Positions 12,222 to 25,139 of a DNA stretch of 63,590 nucleotides are shown here, piece by piece (the stretch's first letter is position 1; each line of letters begins with the position of its first letter). The stretch lies in contig MU054220.1 of NCBI GenBank assembly GCA_013239625.1, forward strand, positions 485,269-548,858. The letters run 5' to 3'. A program made the translations under genes and the position numbers. Source of the DNA: Lama guanicoe. Taxonomy: Eukaryota. Below the pieces are notes generated by a model that was given only the letters and a program-made list of their open reading frames with translations, was not told the DNA's origin and ran no database searches.

Positions 12222-13102
12222 CAATAGAATTTATTTCTTGATTATTCAAGGTCCAACCATTGTTTCCAGAGCAACAGACTGATGCCGTCTGAGTAGGGAT
12301 GTAGGCACCTAGGCGTCTTCCAAATCGTGGGTCGCAGCAATGTGGTTATTATAACCCAATTATAACACCCTGGGAGGAGCAAGAATTTGCTTTTAAAAAT
12401 CCTATGCCTTTCTGCATTGCCACTGTGCATAATGCTTTTTGTTTTGTTTATTTTTACTTATTTATCTTTCACTTTACACTTTTGTCGAGCACATCGAGGG
12501 TGCTCTTCACATGTTGAGATGCTTGAGTAATGTCCAGGGTATTTCCTGATTGGCAAAATCATGATAGGATTTTGAACTTTGGTTTGAACTATAAGGTTAA
12601 TATAGAATTGCAGGGTTAAGAAAGAAAAACAAAAGGCTTTTTAATCAGAAAAGATAGTCTGAGCCAAGGTAGGAATTTGAATGTTCATGTTTCTATCAAT
12701 CACTTAGAAATTGACTTTATGCAGTTAGCAGTACTAGAAAGAGTGGAGAACCAGAGGGTACCAGTTGTAGAAAGAATGTAACTGGGATCAGTGCCAGGAG
12801 TGGAACCTTGTGGCAGGGCTCCCCACCAACAAGACAAGTGGGTAGTAATGAAGCGGTGGTGGTTGTAAACAGGGGTAGCCGTTGTGAAAGAAACTCATTC
12901 AGTTCTATTATTATAATCATGACATTCAATTTGGTTGTATTACAGTAGTTTACGGAGACAGAAAGACGTAGTAACCATTTTCATTGTAGTTCAGAAGGGA
13001 GCATTGTGTTCTTGACAGCATCCCACTGCAGGTAAGTCAGTGGCTCCCAGTAACCATGAATAATTGTATACGCCCTTGCAATACGAAGTAATTATAGGTG
13101 AG

Positions 13103-13112
13103 ATGTGTGTGG

Positions 13113-13146
<34 letters not shown>

Positions 13147-13156
13147 CCACACACAT
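13103..13156. repeat. Perfect 54-bp palindrome centred on (TA)14
   Basis: ATGTGTGTGGGTG-(TA)14-CACCCACACACAT. Confidence 0.92.
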
Positions 13157-14446
13157 ATATATATAGTAATTATAGATGTACGTGTACATATATATATGGG
13201 AGATAGAAGATCTTACAAACCATCAAGGGCCTGAAGGTGTCTGAAATACAGAAGAAAAACAAAAGGGGACTCCAACCAGTGTTTTCAAATATTTTCAAGG
13301 CTAAATTGTTTGAGAAACCCTGGTCTCTTTCCTGTGTCTTCAAGGCAGAAAATTAATTAATTAAAAAAATAAACCCACAAGAACATGATTTCAGAACAAC
13401 AACAACAGAAGAGCTTCCTCTCCATAGCACCCAAATAGAGTAACACGGATGACCCCGCGCCTCTGGGCTGCTCAGTACCACTAAAAGGGTATATAACAAG
13501 GGGCCCTAGAGATGTCAACTTTAACGTAAATAAAAGGCAGGGGGCAGCTCTTCAGGAAGAACGCAGCCAAAAGTAAAACTCCACAACAGCTCTCTGCATG
13601 TCCCATCTTCCGTGACTAATCCTTATACTGGTCTAGAGATCTCACTAATATCACCTCACCTTTGGTATTCTCAAAGTGCTCTGTTGTTTTTAAATAATCT
13701 ATATGATTCTCAAAACCCAGAAGTTGTACATATCTAACAGGTTGTTTTAACCGCCCACCCAATAAAACAACTGTTTCAGTAATTTAACAGTTACTCTAAT
13801 CGTCCTAACAAGGAAGGATTTGGTTCAACGCAAGCTTTTAAAATCCTTGCCTGAAAACGAGAAGACCATTTCTGCAAGCTTACATGAGTATAACACAATC
13901 TAAAAATAAGGAATTCAATTCAAAATAGCCTCCCAAGTCCAGGATTACATATAAACGCGTAGTTGCAGAGAGATGGAGGCCTACGGATACACAAACCTCT
14001 GAGAACGGAAGGTACACAGTGCAGCCCGTGAGGACTGCTCTGGTCTCCAGGGTAACTCGACGTGATTACAGGCGATTTTCTTGACTTTTTTGATCTGCTC
14101 TAGGTCTCCAGCCTGACGCATATTTCAGAAAACATGGACGAGCCCAGGTAACTGTGATAACGGAGCTCTTCAATCCCAGCCCGCTGTTACTTCTCACCAC
14201 ATAAGAGGCGGCGCGTTTTTTTTTTTAAGTTTATCCTAGTTTGACGTAAGGAGAAAGCAGTGTTGGTTTTACTTTTCCCCAACACTCCCAATTTGATTCT
14301 CCATTTGTGGTCTCATTCTCAACCAAAATACATGGTAATTGGTAGAACATTTTCAAAGGGTCTAATAATAATAATAATAAAAATTTCCCTGAAAATCAGT
14401 AGCAATGCGTATGAACTTTCTCTTAGAAGCGATACAAATGGAGTAT

Positions 14447-14460
14447 CCACTAGGTGGCGG
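14447..14460 (+). promoter_or_regulatory. Strong CTCF core motif
   Basis: CCACTAGGTGGCGG matches CCASYAGRKGGCRS fully. GCGATAC about 11 bp upstream resembles the CTCF upstream module. Confidence 0.6.
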
Positions 14461-15107
14461 GGTGATACCATAATTTACGTCAGGCCCCATCTCTCAGTGT
14501 ATTAATGCCTTAGGGAGGATTACAAACAGATAACAAGACATTCATGATTTGAATATAACCTTGAAAATTGTTCATTCCATCTCCTTTTCTTTCAAGAATA
14601 AGGAAACTCATGTTCAAAATGGTAAATTATTTGATCACATTTAAGTTATCTTTGCTTTTCCAATTTTTAATTTTGAGCTATGAATGATGGACTGGCTCTT
14701 GATCACTTACACAGTCACACAGTTTGGGTAATAAAGAGTGTAATCAGTTCATTTCAATTTACTTATAATAAATAATACACAAATAAAAATGTGATTAATA
14801 AGATACACAGATATTCGTACGAATATTAAAATTCTTACAAAAATGTAAATATTCCTAAAAGCAAAGAGCAAACAAAACAAACAAAATGCTAAAAAGCCAC
14901 TGATCGATTAATATACACACATGTGAGCATCATATATTCATATTCATATGTATGCATGTACATGATGTAAAAATATCATGTACATGACATAAAATATTAT
15001 AGAACTATACTAGAACATAAGGATTATATTAATAGAGTTAATGACAAAGTTAAACCTGACACTATTCTATATACATGAGAAATTCATAAATAAAGAAAAT
15101 TCAGTAA

Positions 15108-15250
15108 AATTTATTCATTTATTATTTTATTATTTTATTTTGGTGGGGGGATTAAGTTTATTTAGTTTCAAAGGAGGTACTGGGGGTTGAATCCAGGACC
15201 TCGTGCGTGCGAAGCACACACTCTCCCACTGAAGCTATCTCGTCCCCCAG
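15108..15250 (-). mobile_element. Vic-1-like SINE with TSD
   Basis: tRNA-like head and A-rich tail on the minus strand. TSD AAATTCAGTAA at 15097-15107 and 15251-15261. Confidence 0.82.
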
Positions 15251-15299
15251 AAATTCAGTAAGATTAAAACTACAGAATGAGCTAGTGATTCCTGAAATA

Positions 15300-15790
15300 A
15301 TTTCATTTTTGTGAACAGAAACTATTCTGAATGATTTGAGTCCTCTGGAATTTGCTGTGGCCTGCTTTATGATTCATCAAATAATTGATCGTGGTGAATT
15401 TTATATAGGCACTGAAAAACATCTGTGGGCTGTCTTTGTTGGGAGTCATTCTATAAACATTAACTAGGTTAAATATGTTAATTATGTTATTTAAAACTTC
15501 CACAACTCAGACATTGTACTGCTTGTTTATTCACCAATAGAAAAAATACGTTGAAGTCTTCCATGATGATAAATGACTTATCTATTTCTTTTGTATCCCC
15601 AGAATTTTTCTTTACCTATTCTGAAGGTCTGTTATCATGTGCACTGACACTTGGATTGTAACCTCTTCATAGAAGGTGCCCATGTGTTTCATTATGAAAT
15701 TATCTTTAGTGTTTTTATTGCATTTAAAACCTACTATGTCTTATACTGTTATAGATGCATGAGATTTCTTTGGAAAGACTTTACTTTGTA
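15300..15790 (-). mobile_element. Ancient L1 ORF2 endonuclease-region fragment
   Basis: ORF 15303-15503 (LNNIINIFNLVNVYR...FFSAYIKFTTINYLMNHK...KFQRTQIIQ) resembles the L1 endonuclease domain. Confidence 0.7.
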
Positions 15791-16109
15791 TATATATTTT
15801 TACAATGCCTAAAGTAGATGAACACATGCATAACTTACTACTTATAAATTTTACCCAGGTCTATATCACACAGAAGTATTTGTTTATGTTCACCAAAATA
15901 CAACAAGATTCTTCGAAATACTACTATTCATAATTTTTACTGAAAAGTTAAAAAACAAGAACAAAACAAATAGAAAATCATGAGCATTTTATGTATACAA
16001 TTTGGGGTATATTCATAAAGTGAATACTATAGCAAAGAGAATAAAGAAATTTGCAAGCGACAAGAATAAATCTTACAAATATAATGATGATCAAAAGAAG
16101 CCAGTTACC

Positions 16110-16856
16110 CTGTGGAGAAAGGGGAACCCTCCTACACTGCTGGTGGGAATGCAGTTTGGTGCAGCCACTGTGGAAAACAGTGTGGAGATTCCTCAAAAGA
16201 CTAGGAATAGACTTGCCATATGACCCAGGAATTCCGCTCCTGGGCATATATCCAGAAGGAACCCTACTTCAGGATGACACCTGCACCCCAATGTTCATAG
16301 CAGCACTATTTACAATAGCCAAGACATGGAAACAGCCTAAATGTCCATCAACAGATGACTGGATAAAGAAGAGGTGGTATATTTATATAATGGAATACTA
16401 CTCAGCCATAAAATAAGACAACATAAGACCATTTGCAGCAACATGGATGTTCCTGGATAATATCACTCTAAGTGAAGTAAGCCAGAAAAGAAAGAAAAAT
16501 ACCACAAGAGAGCACTCACATTTGGAATCAAAAAAAAAAAAAGAACATAAATACAAAACAGACACACTCATAGACATAGAATACGAACTTGTGGTTGCCA
16601 AGGGGGAGAAGGGTGGGAAAGAACAGACTGGGAGTTCAAAATTTGTAGATACTGACAGCCATATGTAGAATAGATAAACAAGATTATACTGTATAGCACA
16701 GGGAAATATATACAAGATCTTGTGGTAGCTCACAGAGAAAAAGAATGTGACAATGAATATATGTATGTTCATGTAAAACTGAAAAACTGCTCTACACTGG
16801 AATTTGACACAACATTGCAAAATGACTATAACTCAATAAAAAAAAGTAAAAAAAAA
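16110..16856 (+). mobile_element. 5'-truncated young L1 (ORF2 C-terminus, 3'UTR, polyA) inserted in an older L1 relic
   Basis: [28 protein letters not shown]...YYSAIK, AATAAA and A tail. Degenerate TSD aaaagaagccagttacc / aaaagcgccaattacc. Confidence 0.92.
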
Positions 16857-17339
16857 GCGCCAATTACCAAAAAAGTGTAATATATAGTTTTACATATATA
16901 AAGTTACAAAAATAACTTTAAAATGGTATCAGAGTTTTGTAGAATTTTTACTGGCTTTTGCCCTCCCCTCTCTGGTATGATGGTGGTGGTTTTGAAATTG
17001 TAGCCTGCATTCTTCATACGGGATTTTAGATCCTACTTCTGGATGGCGTAGCATCAACCATATTTGCAAAATATTGTATATGTCTATTGCATTCTGTCTG
17101 GAGTCTACAGATAGAACTATTGCTAAGTGCAAATTCTGTTTCACTTAACATAGACATATCAGGCCAGAAAACATTGGGCATTGCTTGAAAACACTGCAAG
17201 ATAAATAACAACTCACTGACGCCTAAGGCTTAGAACAAAAATCAGGGGAGAGTTTATTTGGGAAATTAGGACAGTCACAAGCACTTCTGTATATACAAGA
17301 ATTAAGCAGCTATGACCATGTTCAAAGTAGGTTAGAGGA

Positions 17340-17465
17340 CAGAAGGGAGGGGGGTACTGGGAATCAATGGGCACACAGTTTCTGTTAGGGATGATGAAAA
17401 TGTTTTGAACATATATAGTGGTGATGATTGCACAACATTGTAATTATGCACTTAAAGTTGTTAAG
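17340..17465 (+). mobile_element. Old L1 (L1MB/MC-like) 3' end fragment
   Basis: agtttctgttagggatgatgaaaatgttttgaa...tagtggtgatgattgcacaacattgt. Confidence 0.65.
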
Positions 17466-18053
17466 GTCCTTTTTTTTTATATATATAAACACCTTTGAGG
17501 AATGTGGTCTGTGGAGCTTGGAAAAATGCTGTTAGAGAAAACACTGCCTCAGAATGTTACTGAGAAATAAGCTAAACATAAGTCATAACAAAACGGCTTG
17601 GTAACATCCTCTGTCACAGGGATGATGTGTATAAGGGGATTGACTGGATGAATTATTGACAGAAAAATCAACAGCCAAGGACAGTGAGAAAGAAAGGACA
17701 ACAGATTGTGGTGACTTTTTAAAGAGTTTTTATTAGACAACAGGAGATGCATGCTGGACCATCCAGCATCCTCCACAAACTGTAAGCTGAAGCAACATTA
17801 ATGTTTTCCCTTTACCTGCAACCCAGTGTTCTTCTCTTTTTACTTCTCCTTTTTTCTGAGGTGTGAGTATTACAAACTTTCTTTCCAGGTCATTAGAGTT
17901 TTCTGATAACTGTCTCCATATTAAAATGGAAGCTGCCCTGCACTTAGTTTCCATATACACATAGGAAAACATGACTTAATTGATACAGTTATTTTTAGTT
18001 CTTTGAATAATGGTAAAAAGAAAAAAGTTCAGCTTCACTTTGGTCAAATTATC

Positions 18054-18344
18054 CTGATGGGAATTTCCAAACTCACAGAGATACTGCAGTAAATGTCTAC
18101 AAGTTAAATATCTCACAGGTAAAGCTGTTTGGAGATCAGACAAGGAACCGTGTTTTGCTTTTGTTTGCATTTTTCACCAGAGAATGTGATAAATGTGCTA
18201 TTTGAAGAGAAATAAATAACTTTTGCCAACATAAATGTAGAAGTTACCATTTTCTTCTCTTAAATATTTAAATAAAACTGGGAAGACTCTTGAATTTGTT
18301 TTAGAAACAAGCTGGACACCTTACCTTAGACAGCTGGTAAGTTC
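18054..18344 (+). promoter_or_regulatory. Candidate promoter and first non-coding exon of the OR at 20854
   Basis: Block CTGATGGGAATTTCCAAACTCACAGAGATACTG and donor CAGCTG|GTAAGTTC (GT 18337), both mirrored upstream of the next paralog at 23030 and 23432. Confidence 0.5.
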
Positions 18345-20853
18345 TTTTTGCAGGATGCTTCAGAATTATTGGCATTGTGAGACTTATTAATGTATATACA
18401 TTTATTGAATTCATTGATCATTTCTGAGTGTGGTGTATGGCACTGTGAAGCACTACACGTACCTAGATTTCAGTCAAATATCTGGTGAGTTGGACACGTG
18501 ATAATTTTCACTTAATCAACCCACAATTAATCACTGTCCTTAGGTCAACAAGAAATATATTTTTAAAACTTATTATTAAAATATCAATTTAACAATTATT
18601 GGCACCTTGACTAATGTTTGTTAGAAAACTTTAGCCACAGTTTACATATAATCAACTTTTGAAATTGTTGCTCTATGTATTTAGTAATATAAAGCATCTC
18701 TTGTGGCAGCATATTTTTTATGTAATTCATACATAACTTACACTCTGTGCCAATTGCATAAAGTAATTAAAAACATGACAGTGATAAATATTCTTTCACA
18801 ACTTAGGGAACGTTAAGAGGTAGGAAATAAAACTGATAGTTGGTGATCTATACTTCAGTAAAGGATACAGAAAATCTGAAAAGGAAATACTGAAGAAGGA
18901 CAGACAGAGTGTGTCCAGAGACTCTGTTCCTATTTCCTCTTAATTGTCTGAATGTGTCATATTTGTAGTTTGAGTTTCGCTGCCTATTCTATTACGTTCA
19001 GCCAAACCTGAGCTATTTGTTAAAATAGGATACTAATGAAGATGATGCAAACAGCCCTTCAGAACGAATGAAAGGGTGAGGAGTAAAGGACGGGCAGGTG
19101 TAGTTCTGTACATAGTGGAGACCACCAAGGTTGGAGACCGCCAGGGTTTCAGGGAAAGTGACCCGAGTTTTAACATAAAACAATAGACTAAGAAACGAGG
19201 GAAGGTTACAGGGATGGGTTTATGTGACCTCCAAATGATTTTTGCTAACAGGATACCAGTAAAAATCAGAAGACTCTTTCTCAGTGGCTCTCTCTGTGTC
19301 TCTCCAGCTTTCTGAAGTAAATTTGATTATAAACATTCTGTAGTTTTGTATCTCTTCAATACATGACAAAACAATTATAATGATAGTGATATATAATTAA
19401 AATGAACTTCCATTTCATTCTATCAAACACTGAAGGTAAATTTATTCATTAACTTGGCAAATACATACTGAATACTTAAAATGAACAAAGTGTAGAGTGT
19501 GGATACTAATAATAAAGAATAGAATTAATAATTTAATTCATGGCCATTGATCTTAACTCTCACACACTAGGTAGATTTGTATTTTGTCTCTTCAAAACCC
19601 TGCTTTATGTACACACATTTAAATGGTAATTCCACTGAAAGGGAAAAAAAAGGTGGGAAGTGTTACAGTTTTGAAAATAAATTGTAAATATATTGGTGCT
19701 GAGGTTATGAGTAGATGCATTAAAACATTTTAAATACTAAGGTTCAGTGTTTTATCCAGTTGAAGTAGAGAATTTACGGCGTGATTCGGTGGAATGGCTG
19801 CTTCTCAATGGCTCCCCCTTGGCCTGTCTATGGTTCTGGAAGTTCCACCAGCAAACAGGTGTTCATTTGTCCTGAGATATTTACTAGAGTTGGTCTCACA
19901 TTACGTGATGGCAGGAACTAGGAGGAGGAGGAAATAAAAATATTGGGGATGAAAGAGAGAAGAGTCAGCCTGAGATACCAAGACTGATGACATGGAAACT
20001 GAACAGAGCATGCGTTTTCAGGGTGGCTGATTAGGGAGAGCTGAACAACTTGTGTGTGTCAATTAAAAATAAGCCAGTTTATGCAAATGAGTAAGGCACT
20101 GTGTGAGATTAAATTTCAAGTTATATGTACTATTACTATCCTCAGATGTCTTGCTAAATGTCAAAAACAAACATTTTTGAGGTCTGAGATAAAAAAGTTT
20201 CAAAAATAGAGATAATTATATTTTTCTTGTTATCCTTTTGATTTACTATAAACTATGATATTTCATCTATAAATTAAGCATATTTGTAAATTACTTATAT
20301 TCGTAAATTACTTATATTTGTAAATTAAGTATGATCATGATTCCAAATTAAAAATTTTTTCTGTTTATCATCTTTCCACCTATGAGAGATGGCAGGAAAT
20401 TTCTCACGTATAATATTATCCACATATTATACTTCATATATTTGCACTTTTTGCATTTTCACTCAATGCTCCACTTCTGTGTGCATTTTCTCCATAATAA
20501 ATAGTGAGAATAGCAAAGAGATATCTAATTTTTTTTCTACAGAACCATTTCTTGAATTTTATGATTAGGGCATAAGATCCAATTGTATTTGATAATACAT
20601 GTTAATTGAATGGATATGGAAATATACTGTACTCTCCATTACCAATAATTAATGTTTTCAAGAAAGGGCCAAAAAGACCTCCAGGAAAGCCTGCCTAAAT
20701 GAAAATCAAATTTCTATTTCTGCAACGTTTAACCCTTTCCATTATAATCTGCCCCATGACAAGAAATAATACACATCACCATGTTTAATCCACATTTATA
20801 TCATAAGAATTGATAATTGTCTAATTTCAGGTGGCTACAAACTTCTCTGAGTC

Positions 20854-21786
20854 ATGGAAAACAGGAATAACGTTACAGAATTTATTCTCTTGGGACTTTC
20901 TGAGAAAAAAGAAATTGAAGCTCTCTGCTTTTTGCTATTCCTACTTTGTTATATTGCAATTTTGATGGGAAACCTGCTTGTCATGATGTCTATCACCTGC
21001 AGTCAACTTATCAAGCAGCCTATGTATTTCTTCCTGAGTTACCTCTCGCTCTCTGACCTCTGCTACACCTCCACGGTGACCCCCAAGTTGATCATTGACT
21101 TGCTGGCAGTAAAGAAGATGATTTCCTACAATGGCTGCATGACACAGCTTTTTACCATGCACTTCTTCGGGGGGATCGAGGTCTTCATCCTCACAGGGAT
21201 GGCCTATGACCGCTACGTGGCCGTCTGCAAGCCCCTGCACTACACCGTCATCATGAGCAGGCAGAGGTGCGGTGCCATGATGGCTGCTTCCTGTGCTGGG
21301 GGCTTCCTGCACTCCTTTGGTCAGTTTATCCTAGCCATCTTTTTGCCCTACTGTGGCCCCAATGAAATAGATCATTACTTCTGCGATGTGTATCCTTTGC
21401 TGAAACTGGCCTGCACGGACACGAGCAGAATCGGTCTCCTGGTCATCGCCAATTCGGGCCTGATGGGCCTGGTGACGTTCGTGGTGCTGTTGATATCCTA
21501 CGCTGTGATCTTATATACCATCAGGTCCTACCCCGCGGATGAGCGCCGCAAAGCTCTCTCCACCTGCAGTTCCCACATCACTGTGGTGGTCCTTTTTTTC
21601 GCTCCTTTACTCTTTATTTATATCCGACCAGCAACTACTTTACCGGAAGACAAAGTGTTCGCTCTGTTTTACACCATCATTGCCCCCATGCTCAACCCTC
21701 TGATCTACACACTAAGAAACACGGAGATGAAGAATGCCATGAAGAAGCTATGGTGCCGTATCACGGGAAGGAAGGAAGTAAACTGA
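20854..21786 (+). CDS. Olfactory receptor, OR4P-like, 310 aa, intact
   Basis: [70 protein letters not shown]. Acceptor ttcag at 20830. Confidence 0.95.
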   Translation: MENRNNVTEFILLGLSEKKEIEALCFLLFLLCYIAILMGNLLVMMSITCSQLIKQPMYFFLSYLSLSDLCYTSTVTPKLIIDLLAVKKMISYNGCMTQLFTMHFFGGIEVFILTGMAYDRYVAVCKPLHYTVIMSRQRCGAMMAASCAGGFLHSFGQFILAIFLPYCGPNEIDHYFCDVYPLLKLACTDTSRIGLLVIANSGLMGLVTFVVLLISYAVILYTIRSYPADERRKALSTCSSHITVVVLFFAPLLFIYIRPATTLPEDKVFALFYTIIAPMLNPLIYTLRNTEMKNAMKKLWCRITGRKEVN

Positions 21787-22733
21787 AAAACATCCCTGAT
21801 TTTCACAAGGAGCTTGTTAAATACATGATTTCTCTACTCTGAAACCTTTACAATGCATAGTGCTTGCCTATTTTTCTTGTACCTAGCAACTCAAGTACGA
21901 GCAAAAGTTTACAGTTCCCTGGATTTATGCAGACTCTCTGCTATGCTCTGGTTTTCTTATTTATCTCTCCTCTGCCCCACGACCCTTGGGCTGTGTAACT
22001 AATTTAGCTACTTAGCAGCCGCCTATGGAAGGCAGCGTGCAACACAGATCAACACTGAGAGCCTGTGTCGCTAATTCTTGTGCCTCACCATGTTCAGTGA
22101 AGCTAATTCCAGCTGCCAACTAATGAATTAAAAAATAATTCCAATCTTTTACTTGTTTTGCTTAGAGAATATTCTAAAATATCTAATTTAAGACCCACAA
22201 GATTTCTTTAAAAATTCACTTTTTTTTTTCTAATAATTTTGTGGTCAGTTGCATTCTGGAGCTTCTTATATGCCCAAGCCTCTTCTAAGCCCCACATCGA
22301 ACTTTTTCCTTCTGTTCTCATGCACTTTCACTTCCGGCTCTGTTCATGTATAAATCAGCTGCCACACTGTGGCTAATTCTAGTACCTTATAAAATACAGG
22401 TTAAAGGCATGAGTTCTGGACCCAGCATTGATTACTAACTATGAGGATTGGGACATATTCCCAACAAATCATCTATTACATGGTAATATTATTATTATAT
22501 TAGTTATATGTGTATAGTTATGTATATAACACTATACATTACTATGTATAATAATGTATAACATGTATTTTCAGAAAGGACTTTGCTGTACAGAGATAAA
22601 TTGGGAAACTATCTGCTCATCTGGCAAGAGAACCCGTGGGAGCATATGGGCTTCCTGAAAGCACTGTTGAAAGAATACGAGTCTTTTTTGAAGCATCATC
22701 TAGAAATTCCAATGCCTTAGCAAGCCTTTTTTA

Positions 22734-23445
22734 TCCCCTGGGGAAACTTAAATCTTAAACCCTCAGCCTACTTGCTGTGCTTTTAATCCAGGCCATAGGC
22801 TTCTCATGTGTTCCCCACTGCAGCTCACCTCAGCCTCCCTTAGCTACTTGATTCCGCTCTGTCCTGACATACGAGCATCACACACAAGATTTCCTCATGG
22901 TCCCCGTGTCTCATGTTTAATCTCAGTGTTTTGGATCCTGATGCATTAGGGAAATGTAATTAGGAACTTCGGCATAACTATTTATTAGGAAGAAATTGAA
23001 GCTGTAGTTTATATCTTTGGCAAAGTATACTGATGGGAAATTTCTAAGCCCTCAGAGATATTGAGACAAATCTTGTATTCCCATTTTCTCAGAATTTGCC
23101 TTAAATGCCAATTAAATATCAAAAAGAACATATAAAGTTATCTATATTTATATATATAAAATACAAAAATTTTCTCTAAAGACAAAGGTAAATAAACTTC
23201 AGAGAGACACTTCTTTCTTTTCTAGAAATGGAAAAATAGTGCACTAAAAAAGTCTCAAATTTAGTTCAAGTTACGAAGTGTATCTCTATTGACAGAACTC
23301 ATAAGAATTCTCCCATAAGACTTCATGCAATCTGAGATGTATTTTTGCATAGCAATGCTGATTTTTTTCAATTCTGATTTTTCTTGGGTGTGAAGCCTCA
23401 AGCTTAGAAGAAATCTGCCTGATGAGTTTAGCAGCTGGTAAGTTC
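22734..23445 (+). promoter_or_regulatory. Candidate promoter and first exon of the OR4P pseudogene
   Basis: EBF-type TCCCCTGGGGA (22734-22744), TAATTA, paralogous block at 23030-23063, donor CAGCTG|GTAAGTTC (GT 23438). Confidence 0.45.
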
Positions 23446-24581
23446 AATCCAGCTCATAAATGTATGAGTGGCTTTCCTTAAAATGAGTATTTAAATCATG
23501 CAGATTGTATTTATAATCTAACCCTCAAATAAACCTTTTGCTGGAAAGATCTAGAATCATTATAAATGCTACTTCTAGTATGTGAGGAAGGCTGCTTTCA
23601 ACTATGATGAATTGAGTTTCGTGCATCAGCTCTTTGAGTTATCAGTACCATATCTCTCAACCACCAAAATGTTATTTGATTTACTCATTTAATCATATCA
23701 TTAGCTCTTTGTGCTCCATGATGAAAAAAAGCTGAATATGAAAAAGATGCACCAGCCCAGCAGATCAGTGGACAGAATTTCAGTGAAGGGACTGAATACA
23801 AAATGATTAAAAATCAGAATACCAGTATGCTTCTAAGACATACTGCAAAAATATATGGAAAAATTTTCAATCAATCTACTTGAATGCATAATATCCACAT
23901 GGTAGGTTTCTTTTTCCTAAGTTTAGAGCATTATTTTTTTGAGATGAAGAAAAATTATCAAAGGGGAATATGAGCATCTAATTTGGGTAGGGCTAATAAT
24001 CCAAAGGAGAGAAAACAAAAACATTAAATGGCTGAAATAAATAAAGTTTATCTCCAGGTTTGTAGGGGAGTCCAGACCAGGAGGGAAAGATTTTGCTTAA
24101 TGATAGAGTGTTTCCCCAATGTGAGGAACCCCAGCCTTCAGGTAAGAAAGAACGGATTGTTCATGACTGAGAAACTATGTTTTTTCTTATGTACCTTTCT
24201 TTATCCCATGTTAAAATAGTATGTATTTTTAATAAGCTGTTCAAAATTTGTAGTAAGAATAATACAATGGTATACTATTCTTAATTCACATATGCTCATT
24301 GATACAACAAACATGTATAATGTTAATGAGAAATATTTCCTAAATGTTTAATCTTAATATATAACAGTTTTTGTCCTAAGCTGTTACATAAATGAACTCA
24401 TCAAATCCTTACAACAGACCTCAAAGTTAATTACCATATTACTCATTTTATAGATGAAGAAATTGATGTTACATATTTTGCCCATGATTATGCTCCAAGT
24501 GAACTCTGGAGTCAGTATCCTGTCTCATTTTATGTAGACTCAGAACTCATCACCTTAATTGCTAGAATCTACTACTACTTA

Positions 24582-25011
24582 GATAGCTTGAGGACCTCCT
24601 AAGTTTATAACTGTATGGGGGTTCTGAAGAGGAAGGGGGTAACGAAGATGTTTTGAGCATTGAGCCTCCTATGTATAAATGTGTTCACATTTCACAGGAA
24701 TCCTGTAAATTAAGCACTGTGATGCTCATTTTAAGGAAGAAGGGGAAAAAAATGTTCGAGGTATAGACTCTTGTATTTAAGTATCAGAGTTGAGTTAGGA
24801 TAGCTTGAGGACTCCTAAGTTTATAACCGTATGGGGGTTCTGAAGAGGAAGGGGGTAAGGAAGATGTTTTGAGCACTGAGCTTCCTATATATAAATGTGT
24901 TCACATTTCACAGGAATCCTGTAAATTAAGCATTGTGATGCTCATTTTAAGGAAGAAGGGGAAAAAATGTTCGAGGTATAGACTCTTGTATTTAAGTATC
25001 AGAGTTGAGTT
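24582..25011. repeat. Tandem duplication, two copies of about 217 bp
   Basis: GATAGCTTGAGGAC...AGAGTTGAGTT starts at 24582 and 24799. Copies differ by a handful of substitutions and 1-bp indels. Confidence 0.95.
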
Positions 25012-25139
25012 CTGAAATGAGCTGTGTCTCCACGTTTCTGATATTCCCTGCAGTGCACAGCAGACAGTACAAGACATGATTCCTGAGCTGATGTACTTAT
25101 ATTTTCCCCACTTTTAGGCTTAGTAATCCTAGAGGGTGG

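Noticed and set aside
16051..16416. 121-aa ORF as a host gene
   Set aside because: It is the C-terminus of L1 ORF2 in a 5'-truncated insertion
20281..20331. 17-bp unit repeated three times (TATTTGTAAATTACTTA)
   Set aside because: Ordinary AT-rich minisatellite without spacers, not CRISPR-like
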